Below the pieces are notes generated by a model that was given only the letters and a program-made list of their open reading frames with translations, did no database searches and was not told where the DNA came from. The position numbers and the translations under genes are program-made. Below, piece by piece: positions 8,946 to 17,705 of a stretch of 32,000 bases of DNA; the stretch's first letter is position 1, and each line of letters starts with the position of its first letter. The DNA comes from Promethearchaeota archaeon (GTDB lineage: Archaea; Asgardarchaeota; Thorarchaeia; Thorarchaeales; Thorarchaeaceae). The stretch spans positions 1 through 32,000 of the forward strand of contig JALVPN010000105.1 in NCBI GenBank assembly GCA_027031765.1, written 5' to 3'.

Positions 8946-10961
8946 ATGTTCGTCCCACTCGGACTTGCTGCATGGCTTGTCTTCGCAGTCCCGCTGACCG
9001 GCGCTGCCCTCACACCGGTCTTTGCAAAGGTTCACGAGTCCCTCCGTGATGCAATGGCTGTCCTGGTTGGCTTCGTCACGGCATTCATTGCACTCGACAT
9101 GGTACCGGAGATGCTCGCTTCGCCCTCGTCGACAGACATCGTGCTCCTGAGATGGAACGTCGTCGCAGGTCATGTCATTGACTTTGGTGTCCTTGTCGAC
9201 CCGCTGAGCGTCCTCCTTGCCACCATCGCCGGTGGCATCGGCTCTCTGATAGTCCTGTTCAGTGTCGGCTACATGACCGGGTACGACGAGGACGGGAACC
9301 TGGTCAAAGACCCCGCCCTCACACGGTACTATGGCTTCATGCAGCTCTTCATCGGTGGCATGATACTCCTCGTCATGGCCGACAACCTGCTCATGACATT
9401 CATTGGCTGGGAGGTCGTCGGTATGTGCAGCTACGCGCTCATTGGTTTCTGGCACAACAGGGCGCAGCCCAGCCCGGTGCCGGAGTATGCCACCGAGGGG
9501 GAGTACAATGCAGCCTGTGGCATGAAGGCGTTCATGGTCACAAGGGTCGGTGACATCGGCCTCCTCGCCGGTATCCTCCTCCTCTATTTCATCACTGGCA
9601 CGTTCAACTACACCGAGATCCTCGAGACCGCCCCGACATGGGTTGGCGGCCTCACCTCACTGACCCTGGGTCTACTGCCCATTGCAGCACTCCTGGTCTT
9701 TGCTGGCCCCATTGGGAAGAGTGCACAGTTCCCACTCCACACATGGTTGCCGGAGGCAATGGCCGGGCCGACCACCGTCAGCGCACTGATCCACGCCGCA
9801 GCGATGGTCAAGGCCGGGGTCTACCTCGTGGCCCGTCTCGTGCCCATCTTCCTGGAGGTCTTCACAAGTGTGGCCAGCCTCATGGTCTTCTTCCAGACCG
9901 TGGCGTGGATTGGGGCCATCACAGCCTTCATGTCAGCCACCATGGCGCTCGTCCAGGACGAGATCAAGAAGGTGTTGGCGTACTCTACAATCTCACAGCT
10001 CGGCTACATGTTCATGGCGCTCGGCGCCACCGGGCTTGTCGCTGAGGGTGTCGCAGCCTACACTGCTGGCACATTCCACCTGCTCGCCCACGCCATATTC
10101 AAGGCCCTGCTGTTCCTTGCTGCAGGTTCCGTCCTCCATGCCGTGCAGAGCAAGTCCATGCGCGACATGGGGGGGCTGAGCCGTGAGATGCGGGTCACTG
10201 CTGCCACCTTCACTGTGGGCGCCCTATCCCTTGCAGGGGTGTTCCCGTTCATAGGTTTCTGGTCAAAGGAGCTCATATTCGAGGCCCTGTGGCATGGTGA
10301 GCAGTACCCCCTCTTTGCGGTGGCCTTCATAACCGCCATCCTCACAGCATTCTACACCTTCCGGATGGTCGGCATGACGTTCTTCGGTGAGAAGTCCCAG
10401 CACGTCAGGGATCTGGAGGCACACGGACACCATGTACACGAGGCGCCGCCGGTCATGACCGTACCACTGGTCCTCCTTGCCCTGGCCGCCACGGTCGGTG
10501 GGCTCTTCGAACTCGCGTTCTTCGGCTTCTTCTCCGGTGTCAGGACGGGCGAGGCCGTGCACTTCGACTGGTCTCACCTTGCCCCCTTCAGCCTCGGTGT
10601 GACGACACTCTTCACAGTGGTCGTCTGGGGTGTCGGTATAGTGCCGGCCTATCTCATCTACTTCAGGGGCGGCTATGACTTCAGTCGTCTGAAGACGGGC
10701 GCGCTCTACCGTTTCCTTGTCAACCGCTGGTACATCAACCGGGTCTACCACCGTGTGTTCGTTGACGGCTACCTGTGGCTGAGCCGGGCGTTACGTGACC
10801 GCCTTGAGGCCGGTCTGCTCGCCTCCGGCGAAGACGTTGCGAGGGGCATGGCGCGTGTGTCGCGGGGCTGGAGGCGCACAATGACCGGTGTGCTCAACAC
10901 GAATGTGCTTGCTATGATGCTCGGCATAGTGGCCTTTCTGTGCATCGTCCTGTTCCTGTAG
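8946..10961 (+). CDS. nuoL: NuoL-like antiporter-type proton-translocating subunit
   Basis: FIGWEVVG, KAFMVTRVGD, GKSAQFPLHTWLPEAMAGPTTVSALIHAAAMVKAGVYL, LAYSTISQLGYM, HAIFKALLFL; long C-terminal extension (YINRVY..VF) for the lateral helix. Confidence 0.92.
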   Translation: MFVPLGLAAWLVFAVPLTGAALTPVFAKVHESLRDAMAVLVGFVTAFIALDMVPEMLASPSSTDIVLLRWNVVAGHVIDFGVLVDPLSVLLATIAGGIGSLIVLFSVGYMTGYDEDGNLVKDPALTRYYGFMQLFIGGMILLVMADNLLMTFIGWEVVGMCSYALIGFWHNRAQPSPVPEYATEGEYNAACGMKAFMVTRVGDIGLLAGILLLYFITGTFNYTEILETAPTWVGGLTSLTLGLLPIAALLVFAGPIGKSAQFPLHTWLPEAMAGPTTVSALIHAAAMVKAGVYLVARLVPIFLEVFTSVASLMVFFQTVAWIGAITAFMSATMALVQDEIKKVLAYSTISQLGYMFMALGATGLVAEGVAAYTAGTFHLLAHAIFKALLFLAAGSVLHAVQSKSMRDMGGLSREMRVTAATFTVGALSLAGVFPFIGFWSKELIFEALWHGEQYPLFAVAFITAILTAFYTFRMVGMTFFGEKSQHVRDLEAHGHHVHEAPPVMTVPLVLLALAATVGGLFELAFFGFFSGVRTGEAVHFDWSHLAPFSLGVTTLFTVVVWGVGIVPAYLIYFRGGYDFSRLKTGALYRFLVNRWYINRVYHRVFVDGYLWLSRALRDRLEAGLLASGEDVARGMARVSRGWRRTMTGVLNTNVLAMMLGIVAFLCIVLFL

Positions 10962-10973
10962 GAGGTATGAGTC

Positions 10974-12506
10974 GTGCAAGGACTACTTGATACACTCTTC
11001 TTCGAGTACCCGATGACAACTACCCTGGTGCTCCTCCTCCTGGGCGGCCTCGTGACGGTCGTGGCAGGACAGAGGTCAGCAGCTGCGGCGAAGGCTGTCG
11101 CGGCCCTGTCACTTGCTGCAGCCCTCACGGTCAACGTCCTGCTCCTGCTCAACGTGTACCTTGCTGGCCCTGTCAGTCACCGGTTCCCATGGCTCGGTCC
11201 TGAGGAGGCACCCATTGCCACTCTCGGCTTCCTGGGTGACGGCCTGAGCGTGCCGGTGGCCGTACTGGTCCTGGCACTTGGGCTGTTCTCCGTCATCTAT
11301 TCCTTCGTATACATGCGGGGGCTCAACAACCATGGCCTGTACTACGGCCTGATGGTGTGGTTCGTCGCCGCCATGGTCGGCGTCCTGTATGCAACAGACC
11401 TCCTGCAGTTCTTTGTCTTCTACGAGGCGATGCTCGTCCCGGCCTTCGCGCTCGTCTATCTGTACGGTGTATCGGAGGACCCGGAGGTGCGCGCACGCAA
11501 TGCGCTCCAGTTCTGGGTCTGGACGGCGCTCGGTGGCCTGATCTCTCTGTTCGCAGTGTTCATGCTCTACGGGGCACTTGGTACGCTGGACATTGCAACG
11601 CTCCAGTCAATGAGAGGGCTCCTCCAGGTCGACCTTGCCCGCCTCATCGGCCTCGTGTTCCTCCTCGGCTTCGGCATCAAGCTCGGTCTTGTGCCACTCC
11701 ATGTCTGGGCACCAAGGGCCTACGGTGAGGCACCCATCCCTGTGCTGGTGCTGCTCAGCGGTGCCATGACCAAGACGGCGGCCTATGGTGTGATACGCAT
11801 TGTCATCCCGCTCTTCGCAGATGTCATGCGCTCCCTCTCAACGGGCCTGATGGCAGTGTCCCTCATCACGATGTTCTATGGTGCGGCCCTTGCAATCGCC
11901 CAGCGCGACCTCAAGATGATGCTCGCATATTCCAGCATCAGCCAGCTCGGGTACCTCATGTTCGGCTACTCCACGATGACCCTCATCGGTGTGAGCGGTG
12001 CGGTCTTCCAGCTGGTCAACCACGGGATGCTCGCGAGCCTGATGTTCTTCTGCGCCGGCGCAGTCGAGATGCGGACTGGTACTATGGAGTTCTCCGGCCT
12101 CGGCGGACTGGGCCCAAAGATGCCCGGACTGGCCACTGCCTTTGTCATTGGCGGCCTTGCACTCTCAGGGACGCCACCCATGTCCGCATTTGCTGGTGAG
12201 TGGATGATCTTTGCCGGCGCTGCCGAACGTGCTGTCCTTGCCGGTGTCGGTCAGCCCTACTACCTTGCCCTCACCGTTCTCGGTGTGGTGGCCACCGGCC
12301 TGACTGCAGCCTACTACCTCTGGGCAATACGCCGGGTCTTCTACGGGCCTGTCCCGGAGGGCCTCGAGTCAGTGACCGATGCCCCAGTCACGGTCCTGGC
12401 AATCGTGTCGTTGATTGTGCTGCCGGTCGTGGTGCTCGGTATCTGGCCACGTCTGCTCTGGGTAGTGGTGGAACGTGTCCTCTCTACTTTCCCACTAGGA
12501 GGTTGA
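10974..12506 (+). CDS. nuoM: NuoM-like antiporter-type subunit
   Basis: GTG start 8 nt after GGAGG. Motifs FFVFYEAMLVP, FGIKLGLVPLHVW, MTKTAAYGVIR, LAYSSISQLG, HG, FAGEW (conserved Glu/Lys/Lys/Glu set). Confidence 0.88.
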   Translation: MQGLLDTLFFEYPMTTTLVLLLLGGLVTVVAGQRSAAAAKAVAALSLAAALTVNVLLLLNVYLAGPVSHRFPWLGPEEAPIATLGFLGDGLSVPVAVLVLALGLFSVIYSFVYMRGLNNHGLYYGLMVWFVAAMVGVLYATDLLQFFVFYEAMLVPAFALVYLYGVSEDPEVRARNALQFWVWTALGGLISLFAVFMLYGALGTLDIATLQSMRGLLQVDLARLIGLVFLLGFGIKLGLVPLHVWAPRAYGEAPIPVLVLLSGAMTKTAAYGVIRIVIPLFADVMRSLSTGLMAVSLITMFYGAALAIAQRDLKMMLAYSSISQLGYLMFGYSTMTLIGVSGAVFQLVNHGMLASLMFFCAGAVEMRTGTMEFSGLGGLGPKMPGLATAFVIGGLALSGTPPMSAFAGEWMIFAGAAERAVLAGVGQPYYLALTVLGVVATGLTAAYYLWAIRRVFYGPVPEGLESVTDAPVTVLAIVSLIVLPVVVLGIWPRLLWVVVERVLSTFPLGG

Positions 12507-12511
12507 TACAG

Positions 12512-14089
12512 GTGCAACTGTTGCAACTCTTTCCAGAGGGGCTCTACCCGGTGCTCCCCGTCCTGATACCTGTGGGCTCCGCGCTCCTGATTGCGGTGCT
12601 CGCCGTGCTGAGCCAGACAGTGCGCGGACGACAGGCACGTGGTGTGTCTGATGGCATTGCCGTCCTCGCTTTCGCAGCCACCCTCCTCTATGTCTACCAG
12701 CTGGGCGTGCGGGTGTGGGCGGGAGGTGTCCAGACCTTCGTGTGGTCCTCCGGCGGCACGACCTACCCCGGCCCGCTCGGCGTGGTGCTGGCTGCTGACG
12801 CCTTCTCTGTCTTCCTCATGGGCCTGTTCACGGTCATGGGCCTTGTGGTCTCCATCTACTCCATTGGCTACATGAGTCATGACACGGGGCTGCAACAGTA
12901 CTACGCCCTGCTCCTCATAATGGTCGGCGCAATGAACGGGGTGGTAGTTGCCTGCGACCTCTTCACGCTGTTCATGTTCTACGAGACCATGGGGCTGTCG
13001 AGCTTCGTCCTCGTTGCTTTCCGGAGGGACTGGGAGGGCATCGAGGCCGCCATAAAGTACCTCATGATGTCTGCCGTCGGCTCCACCCTCGTGCTGTTCT
13101 CTGCCAGCTACCTCTACGGCCTCACCGGCACCCTGAACATCGGGGCCATGGCACAGGCTGTGCAGTCAGACCCTGACAACCCCCTCATCGGCGTGTTGAT
13201 TGCACTGTTGACTGCTGGTTTCGGTGTAAAGGGCGCAGTCGTACCCTTCGCGGCCTGGCTGGCCGATGCACACCCGGCAGCACCCAGTGGCATCAGCGCG
13301 ATGCTCTCGGGTGTTGTCATCAAGGTCGGTATCTACGGTATTGTCCGGGTCAACGTGACACTCTTCTCTGTGAGCGTGCCCTACTTCGACTGGCCGCTCC
13401 TCCTCGCCACATTCGCACTCGTCACGATGACCGCTGGCAACTTCTGGGCCCTCACACAGACCGACCTGAAACGGATGCTTGCCTACAGCTCGATCACACA
13501 GATCGGTTTCATCCTGTTCGCATTCGGCACCTTTACGGAGTTCGGCTACCAGACCGGCACGTTCTACATCCTGAGCCACGCCCTCACGAAGGGCCTGCTG
13601 TTCCTCTGCGCAGGAGCATTCCTGCACTCCGTCGGTACACGCGACCTCAATGAACTGGAGGGCATCGGGAAGAGAATGCCCTTCACAGGTGCTGTGTTCG
13701 TCCTCGGCGTGCTCTCCCTCATGGGAATGCCACCCCTCGCTGGCTTCTACGCCAAGGTGCTCATCCTGATGGCGGGTGTCAGCGCGGGCATCACACAGAC
13801 GCCCCTGTACGTAGGGTTCACCCTCGTCGCCATCTTCAACGCACTCCTCGCCCTGGGCTACTACCTCAGGATGCTCCAGGTCGTGTGGCTCAGACCACCC
13901 AGTGACCGGGCGCAGGGTGCCCACCCGGCCAGCAGGTCAATGCAGCTGGCAATGCTCCTCATGGCCGCAGCCCTCCTCCTCATCGGCCTATACCCGGCCC
14001 CGGTGTACAGTATCGCCTCCGCCGCGGGTAGTGCGCTGTACAATGCAGGCAGCCTGGTCTCGGCAGTCCTCGGTGCACAGTCACCCTAG
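12512..14089 (+). CDS. NuoN / MrpD (MbhH)-like antiporter-type subunit
   Basis: Start re-assigned to GTG 12512, 9 nt after GGAGG. Motifs LFMFYETMGL, EAAIKY, GFGVKGAVVPFAAWLADAHPAAPSGISAMLSG..IKVGIYG, KRMLAYSSI, HALTKGLLF, GMPPLAGFYAK. Confidence 0.88.
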   Translation: MQLLQLFPEGLYPVLPVLIPVGSALLIAVLAVLSQTVRGRQARGVSDGIAVLAFAATLLYVYQLGVRVWAGGVQTFVWSSGGTTYPGPLGVVLAADAFSVFLMGLFTVMGLVVSIYSIGYMSHDTGLQQYYALLLIMVGAMNGVVVACDLFTLFMFYETMGLSSFVLVAFRRDWEGIEAAIKYLMMSAVGSTLVLFSASYLYGLTGTLNIGAMAQAVQSDPDNPLIGVLIALLTAGFGVKGAVVPFAAWLADAHPAAPSGISAMLSGVVIKVGIYGIVRVNVTLFSVSVPYFDWPLLLATFALVTMTAGNFWALTQTDLKRMLAYSSITQIGFILFAFGTFTEFGYQTGTFYILSHALTKGLLFLCAGAFLHSVGTRDLNELEGIGKRMPFTGAVFVLGVLSLMGMPPLAGFYAKVLILMAGVSAGITQTPLYVGFTLVAIFNALLALGYYLRMLQVVWLRPPSDRAQGAHPASRSMQLAMLLMAAALLLIGLYPAPVYSIASAAGSALYNAGSLVSAVLGAQSP

Positions 14090-14156
14090 CTGCTGCAACT
14101 GTTGCGTAGTCCCTACGTCCGGCCCGGTGCCCCCTCCACCCCCTCCGGTGGTGCTG

Positions 14157-14636
14157 TCAGTGCACCCTCGACCGCAGCACCCTGTACGCGTTGTACAGGA
14201 ACAGCAGCGGCCCCGCTGGTATCATCGCCAGGTACAGCAGGATGGCGACCACTTCTTGCGTCGCAGGTGCAACACGGGACACCACGACGAGCACAACAAA
14301 GAGCACGCCCAGTCCCACAAGGTCGCGCTTCCCGACGGTCTTGTCCTCTGTGGGGCCTGCTGCCGTCGCCTCTTGGTCTGACCCTCCAATGCGTATCAGT
14401 GCAATGACAGGCACATAGGACCCGCGGGCCAGTAGCAGTGTGAGAGGCCCTAGTATGCGTTCTGGGAGAACTGTCCAGAAACTCCACACGCAGAGGCACA
14501 TCACGTAGGCTGCGGTGATGAGAAGGCCCCTGTTCCCCAGACGTAGCGAGCTGACATGACCGGGGCCCGTGTCACTACCGCGCGTATTCCAAAGCGATAT
14601 ATCGGACGCCACAGTCAGTAACAGGAGGCCACCCAT
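14157..14636 (-). CDS. Hypothetical membrane protein; true start probably downstream of 14636
   Basis: ORF with 3-4 hydrophobic segments filling the gap. The computed start overlaps the GIY-YIG start; no family recognised. Confidence 0.4.
   Translation of the reverse strand: MGGLLLLTVASDISLWNTRGSDTGPGHVSSLRLGNRGLLITAAYVMCLCVWSFWTVLPERILGPLTLLLARGSYVPVIALIRIGGSDQEATAAGPTEDKTVGKRDLVGLGVLFVVLVVVSRVAPATQEVVAILLYLAMIPAGPLLFLYNAYRVLRSRVH
14595..14604. promoter_or_regulatory. Perfect palindrome CGATATATCG; candidate bidirectional TATA box or operator
   Basis: 10-bp palindrome with a TATA core, 30 nt upstream of the GIY-YIG ATG, between divergent genes. Confidence 0.45.
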
Positions 14637-14928
14637 GTACTACGTCTACATCATCGAGACCGAGGACGGCACCTACTACACTGGCCAGACCAACTGCCTC
14701 CTCCGCCGACTGCGTGAGCACCTCACGTCACCGTCACGTTCAGCAGCCTACTTCAGGCTCCACGCACCGCGGTTCCTCGTATATGTGGAGGAGTGCCCCA
14801 CGCGTGCAGATGCGATGCGGCGCGAGCGTGAGATCAAGCGTGACAGGCGTCTGAAAATGAGGCTTGTACGTTCGCGTCGTGATGAGATCTCTGAGCTCCT
14901 TGCCCATGCCGCCCCTGGGCCCGACTAG
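14635..14928 (+). CDS. Small stand-alone GIY-YIG nuclease (UPF0213/YhbQ-like)
   Basis: ATG 14635 preceded by GGAGG (14624-14628). Motifs YYVYII...GTYYTGQT, RRLREH and AMRREREIK give the Tyr, Tyr-Gly, Arg, His and Glu catalytic set. Confidence 0.88.
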   Translation: MYYVYIIETEDGTYYTGQTNCLLRRLREHLTSPSRSAAYFRLHAPRFLVYVEECPTRADAMRREREIKRDRRLKMRLVRSRRDEISELLAHAAPGPD

Positions 14929-17693
14929 TCTGTTTCTTCACCACTCCCCTGCCCTACTCTCTCCAACAGCCTGTATACCACACGTGAGAGCGGGTCTCCT
15001 TCCTCCTCGCAGTATGAAGCGAGTCTTGCGAGCCAGTGGAGGCAGGCCCTTCTGCACTCCCTGAAGGCCGTGGGGGCCCTCAGTGCGCTGCCAACGCTGT
15101 CAAGTTGCAGGAGCGTCTTCTCAAGCCACATCAGGTACCCACTGTCCTCACCGACTGCCGTGACACCACGCTTCGAGAAGTCACCGCGTCCCTCCAGGAA
15201 GTCACAGACGATGTCGTACGTAATCCACAGGTCCCGGATGTCGCTTGCAGTACCTATCTCAGGGACACGTTGCACAAGCTTGAACGGTAGTTCAGTCCCG
15301 GCCTCCAGCCCCCGGGCATATGTCGACAGGGTCTTGACGAGGCCGTATGCACACCGTACCTCCTTGACAAGCAGGTCGAGGAAGCCACACTGCACCCACG
15401 TCCTCGGGTCTGACAGGCGGTGTGAAGTGAAGTCGGGCACAGAACAGGGCTCCTCACCTATGCGTGCGGGTCGGAGCCAGACCTCGGACAGACAGAGGCG
15501 GGTCGGCCGCCCGTCCTCAACGAGCCCGCACCCACGGGAGAATGCCATCGCTACCGCCTCGTGCATGCGCTGTCGCAACATGAAGTCGACCGCCGTTGAC
15601 GGGACTGGTGACAGGCGCCGTGAGTCCTCGAGGAAGACCATGTTGATGGCGTTCACAGGTGTCCTCACGGTCTGGTTCGCCCGCACCATCATGATGGCAA
15701 AGTCCGCGTCCGGGTCTGCACGTACTGCGGGGGTGACGTTGTCAAGGGTCTTTCGGGTGGGCCCGTCCAGGCGTGAAGCGTTGCCAGTGGGCTGGAATGC
15801 CTCCCGGGCCCAGACGACTTGGACCTTCTCGTGGCTGTCCTGTGGGAACGTTGTGAGGAACCTGACCCGGTTGTGGAGTATCTCCCATGCATAGTGGTAG
15901 TTCTGGTGGGTCATGGTTTCCAGTAGCACCTTCTCCCTGAACGGGTGGTGGAAGAAGACATACATCCTGCGGATGTCGGCCCCACTGACCTTGCTCGCAT
16001 ACCGTCCGACAAGGTCGCGCTCAATTATCCATGCACCGCCACCGGTCGCAATCCACCCGAGCGTCCCATATCCAGCAAGCTCAAGGGTCGGCATGGTGTC
16101 TGACAGTCGCTTCCCACGGAGCTGCGGCATGTCCACAGTCCTGTGTACTCCACCGGCCTTCTGGCCGTCCCCGTCGGTCACTGTGTTGTCTGCGGCCATG
16201 GTGCCATTGCCTGCGACGGCCTCTCCGGTCCACGCCTCGACCAGTGCGCAGACCCGCCGGCGCTGTGGTGTGTCAAGGCCAAGCAGACCGACGACCCCTG
16301 CAGTCGCAAGAGTGGCCCCCGGGTTGAGGGTGTCAAGGAGCGTGTCTGCCCTCCGTGTCTGTGGTAGCAGGTTGACCCGTAGCAGGCCACATGCCAGCTC
16401 CTCGTCCACCTCTTCAGGTGTGCAGCTCCTCAGTCTCCTCTCAACCGCCTGTGAGACCCGGTGGAGCGTGTGCTGCCTGCGCACATACCCTTCAAGGGCC
16501 AGTGCGATGTTGCTGCTGTCGACCAGCCTGATGCTGTTGCCGTCGAACTCGCCCTCAAAGATGTCCTCGAGGAGGAGCCGCTGGCGTCTCGTCATGGTGT
16601 CCGTAGACTGGAACTCTTCGAGGAACTCCAGTGTCCGGGGCTGCATGTGTCCCTCCGCATCAGGGACGTGATACCCTGTCACGACCAGTGCCATGACGGG
16701 CCGCCCTGTCACGTTGTCGTGGGGCCGCCTCATCATGGTCGCCGAGAACCCCGTCACCCCACTGAGCTCCAGTACCGGTGCGCTCCCAGCATGCGTGTTG
16801 ACCACACCGTGGGCACCGTCCCAATGGACCGTCCACACCTCCTCTCCCCCAGTGTCAGTACTCCTGTCGACCACCTTGAGGTCATGGTCCTTCACTGCCA
16901 GTCGTATGAGGTTCCGGACAGCGCCCTCGTCGAACAGGGGCGGCACACCGTCTATAGTGCTGCACAGCACCCGGAGGAGTTCCCCAAACCTGTGCATGTT
17001 GCCGTTGGCATAGTCGTGCGCAGTGATCCCCCGTGCGAGCACCTTCACAATGTTGGTCGACCGCGGGTCGAGCCATGCAGCAGCCCTCTCCCGGAGCGAC
17101 AGGTCTGCACACCTCTCCAGCTCGTGTGCGAGTATTTCGACCTCCGTGCCAGTGAGTGGTGGGTTCATATACTCCATCCCGGGCAGCGTGCTCACATCGA
17201 CCTGCACCGAGGCCTCCAGCAGGGCAGCAGGTGCCCGCGTCGACTGGCGCACCAGGGTCTCCATCAGCTGCACGTAGTTCACGAGGAGGACGAGCTCCCA
17301 GACCGTCATCCCTGTGGCCTCCTCCAGCTTCACGACATGACCCGCAGAGCCTATGCCGAGGAGCGGCCGGATGCGTCCCGGGTCTGAGAGGAGCTGTGCC
17401 CGCAGCGCGTCCCTGTCATGCTGCCATGTCCACTCTATCAGTGCCCTCCCGACTACAACAATGATTGCCGTGCCGATGGCCATGAGGACCGGTATCGTCA
17501 GGTCGACCAGTGCTGGCCACTCGATGTCCGTGACGAACTGGTAGCCGAACAGCACTACAACCATGCGCTCCGCCTCAGTGGTGAGGCCGAGCATGACGAA
17601 GGTCGGGAATGAGAGCAGGGAAACGACCCCTGCGATGTTCCACTCTTGCAGGAACGCCTTGACCGTTTCTCGTAACTGTGCCCTGTACCGCAT
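14925..17693 (-). CDS. Large hypothetical protein (922 aa) with two N-terminal TM helices; possible degenerate protein-kinase-like region(s)
   Basis: Long ORF 12 nt downstream of the Nudix gene on the same strand. Hydrophobic residues at about 20-37 and 61-85; see findings for the motif fragments. Confidence 0.75.
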   Translation of the reverse strand: MRYRAQLRETVKAFLQEWNIAGVVSLLSFPTFVMLGLTTEAERMVVVLFGYQFVTDIEWPALVDLTIPVLMAIGTAIIVVVGRALIEWTWQHDRDALRAQLLSDPGRIRPLLGIGSAGHVVKLEEATGMTVWELVLLVNYVQLMETLVRQSTRAPAALLEASVQVDVSTLPGMEYMNPPLTGTEVEILAHELERCADLSLRERAAAWLDPRSTNIVKVLARGITAHDYANGNMHRFGELLRVLCSTIDGVPPLFDEGAVRNLIRLAVKDHDLKVVDRSTDTGGEEVWTVHWDGAHGVVNTHAGSAPVLELSGVTGFSATMMRRPHDNVTGRPVMALVVTGYHVPDAEGHMQPRTLEFLEEFQSTDTMTRRQRLLLEDIFEGEFDGNSIRLVDSSNIALALEGYVRRQHTLHRVSQAVERRLRSCTPEEVDEELACGLLRVNLLPQTRRADTLLDTLNPGATLATAGVVGLLGLDTPQRRRVCALVEAWTGEAVAGNGTMAADNTVTDGDGQKAGGVHRTVDMPQLRGKRLSDTMPTLELAGYGTLGWIATGGGAWIIERDLVGRYASKVSGADIRRMYVFFHHPFREKVLLETMTHQNYHYAWEILHNRVRFLTTFPQDSHEKVQVVWAREAFQPTGNASRLDGPTRKTLDNVTPAVRADPDADFAIMMVRANQTVRTPVNAINMVFLEDSRRLSPVPSTAVDFMLRQRMHEAVAMAFSRGCGLVEDGRPTRLCLSEVWLRPARIGEEPCSVPDFTSHRLSDPRTWVQCGFLDLLVKEVRCAYGLVKTLSTYARGLEAGTELPFKLVQRVPEIGTASDIRDLWITYDIVCDFLEGRGDFSKRGVTAVGEDSGYLMWLEKTLLQLDSVGSALRAPTAFRECRRACLHWLARLASYCEEEGDPLSRVVYRLLERVGQGSGEETD

Positions 17694-17705
17694 GTCAGCA
17701 CCGCC

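Noticed and set aside
12200-12511. Computed N-terminal extensions (12200, 18620, 21642, 22748, 25963, 30970, 4659)
   Set aside because: They overlap neighbouring genes or promoters and are Cys/Arg/Pro-rich non-coding-like text; downstream starts fit RBS positions and family N-termini better.
10959-14089. General amber (pyrrolysine) recoding
   Set aside because: TAG falls at the expected family C-termini of nuoL, the N-like subunit, atpK, atpI, the FGGY kinase and the LarA homologue, so it acts as a normal stop.
14635-14928. GIY-YIG gene as a homing endonuclease or mobile element
   Set aside because: It is about 97 aa with the catalytic domain only, has no DNA-binding extension and no interrupted host gene, terminal repeats or target duplication.
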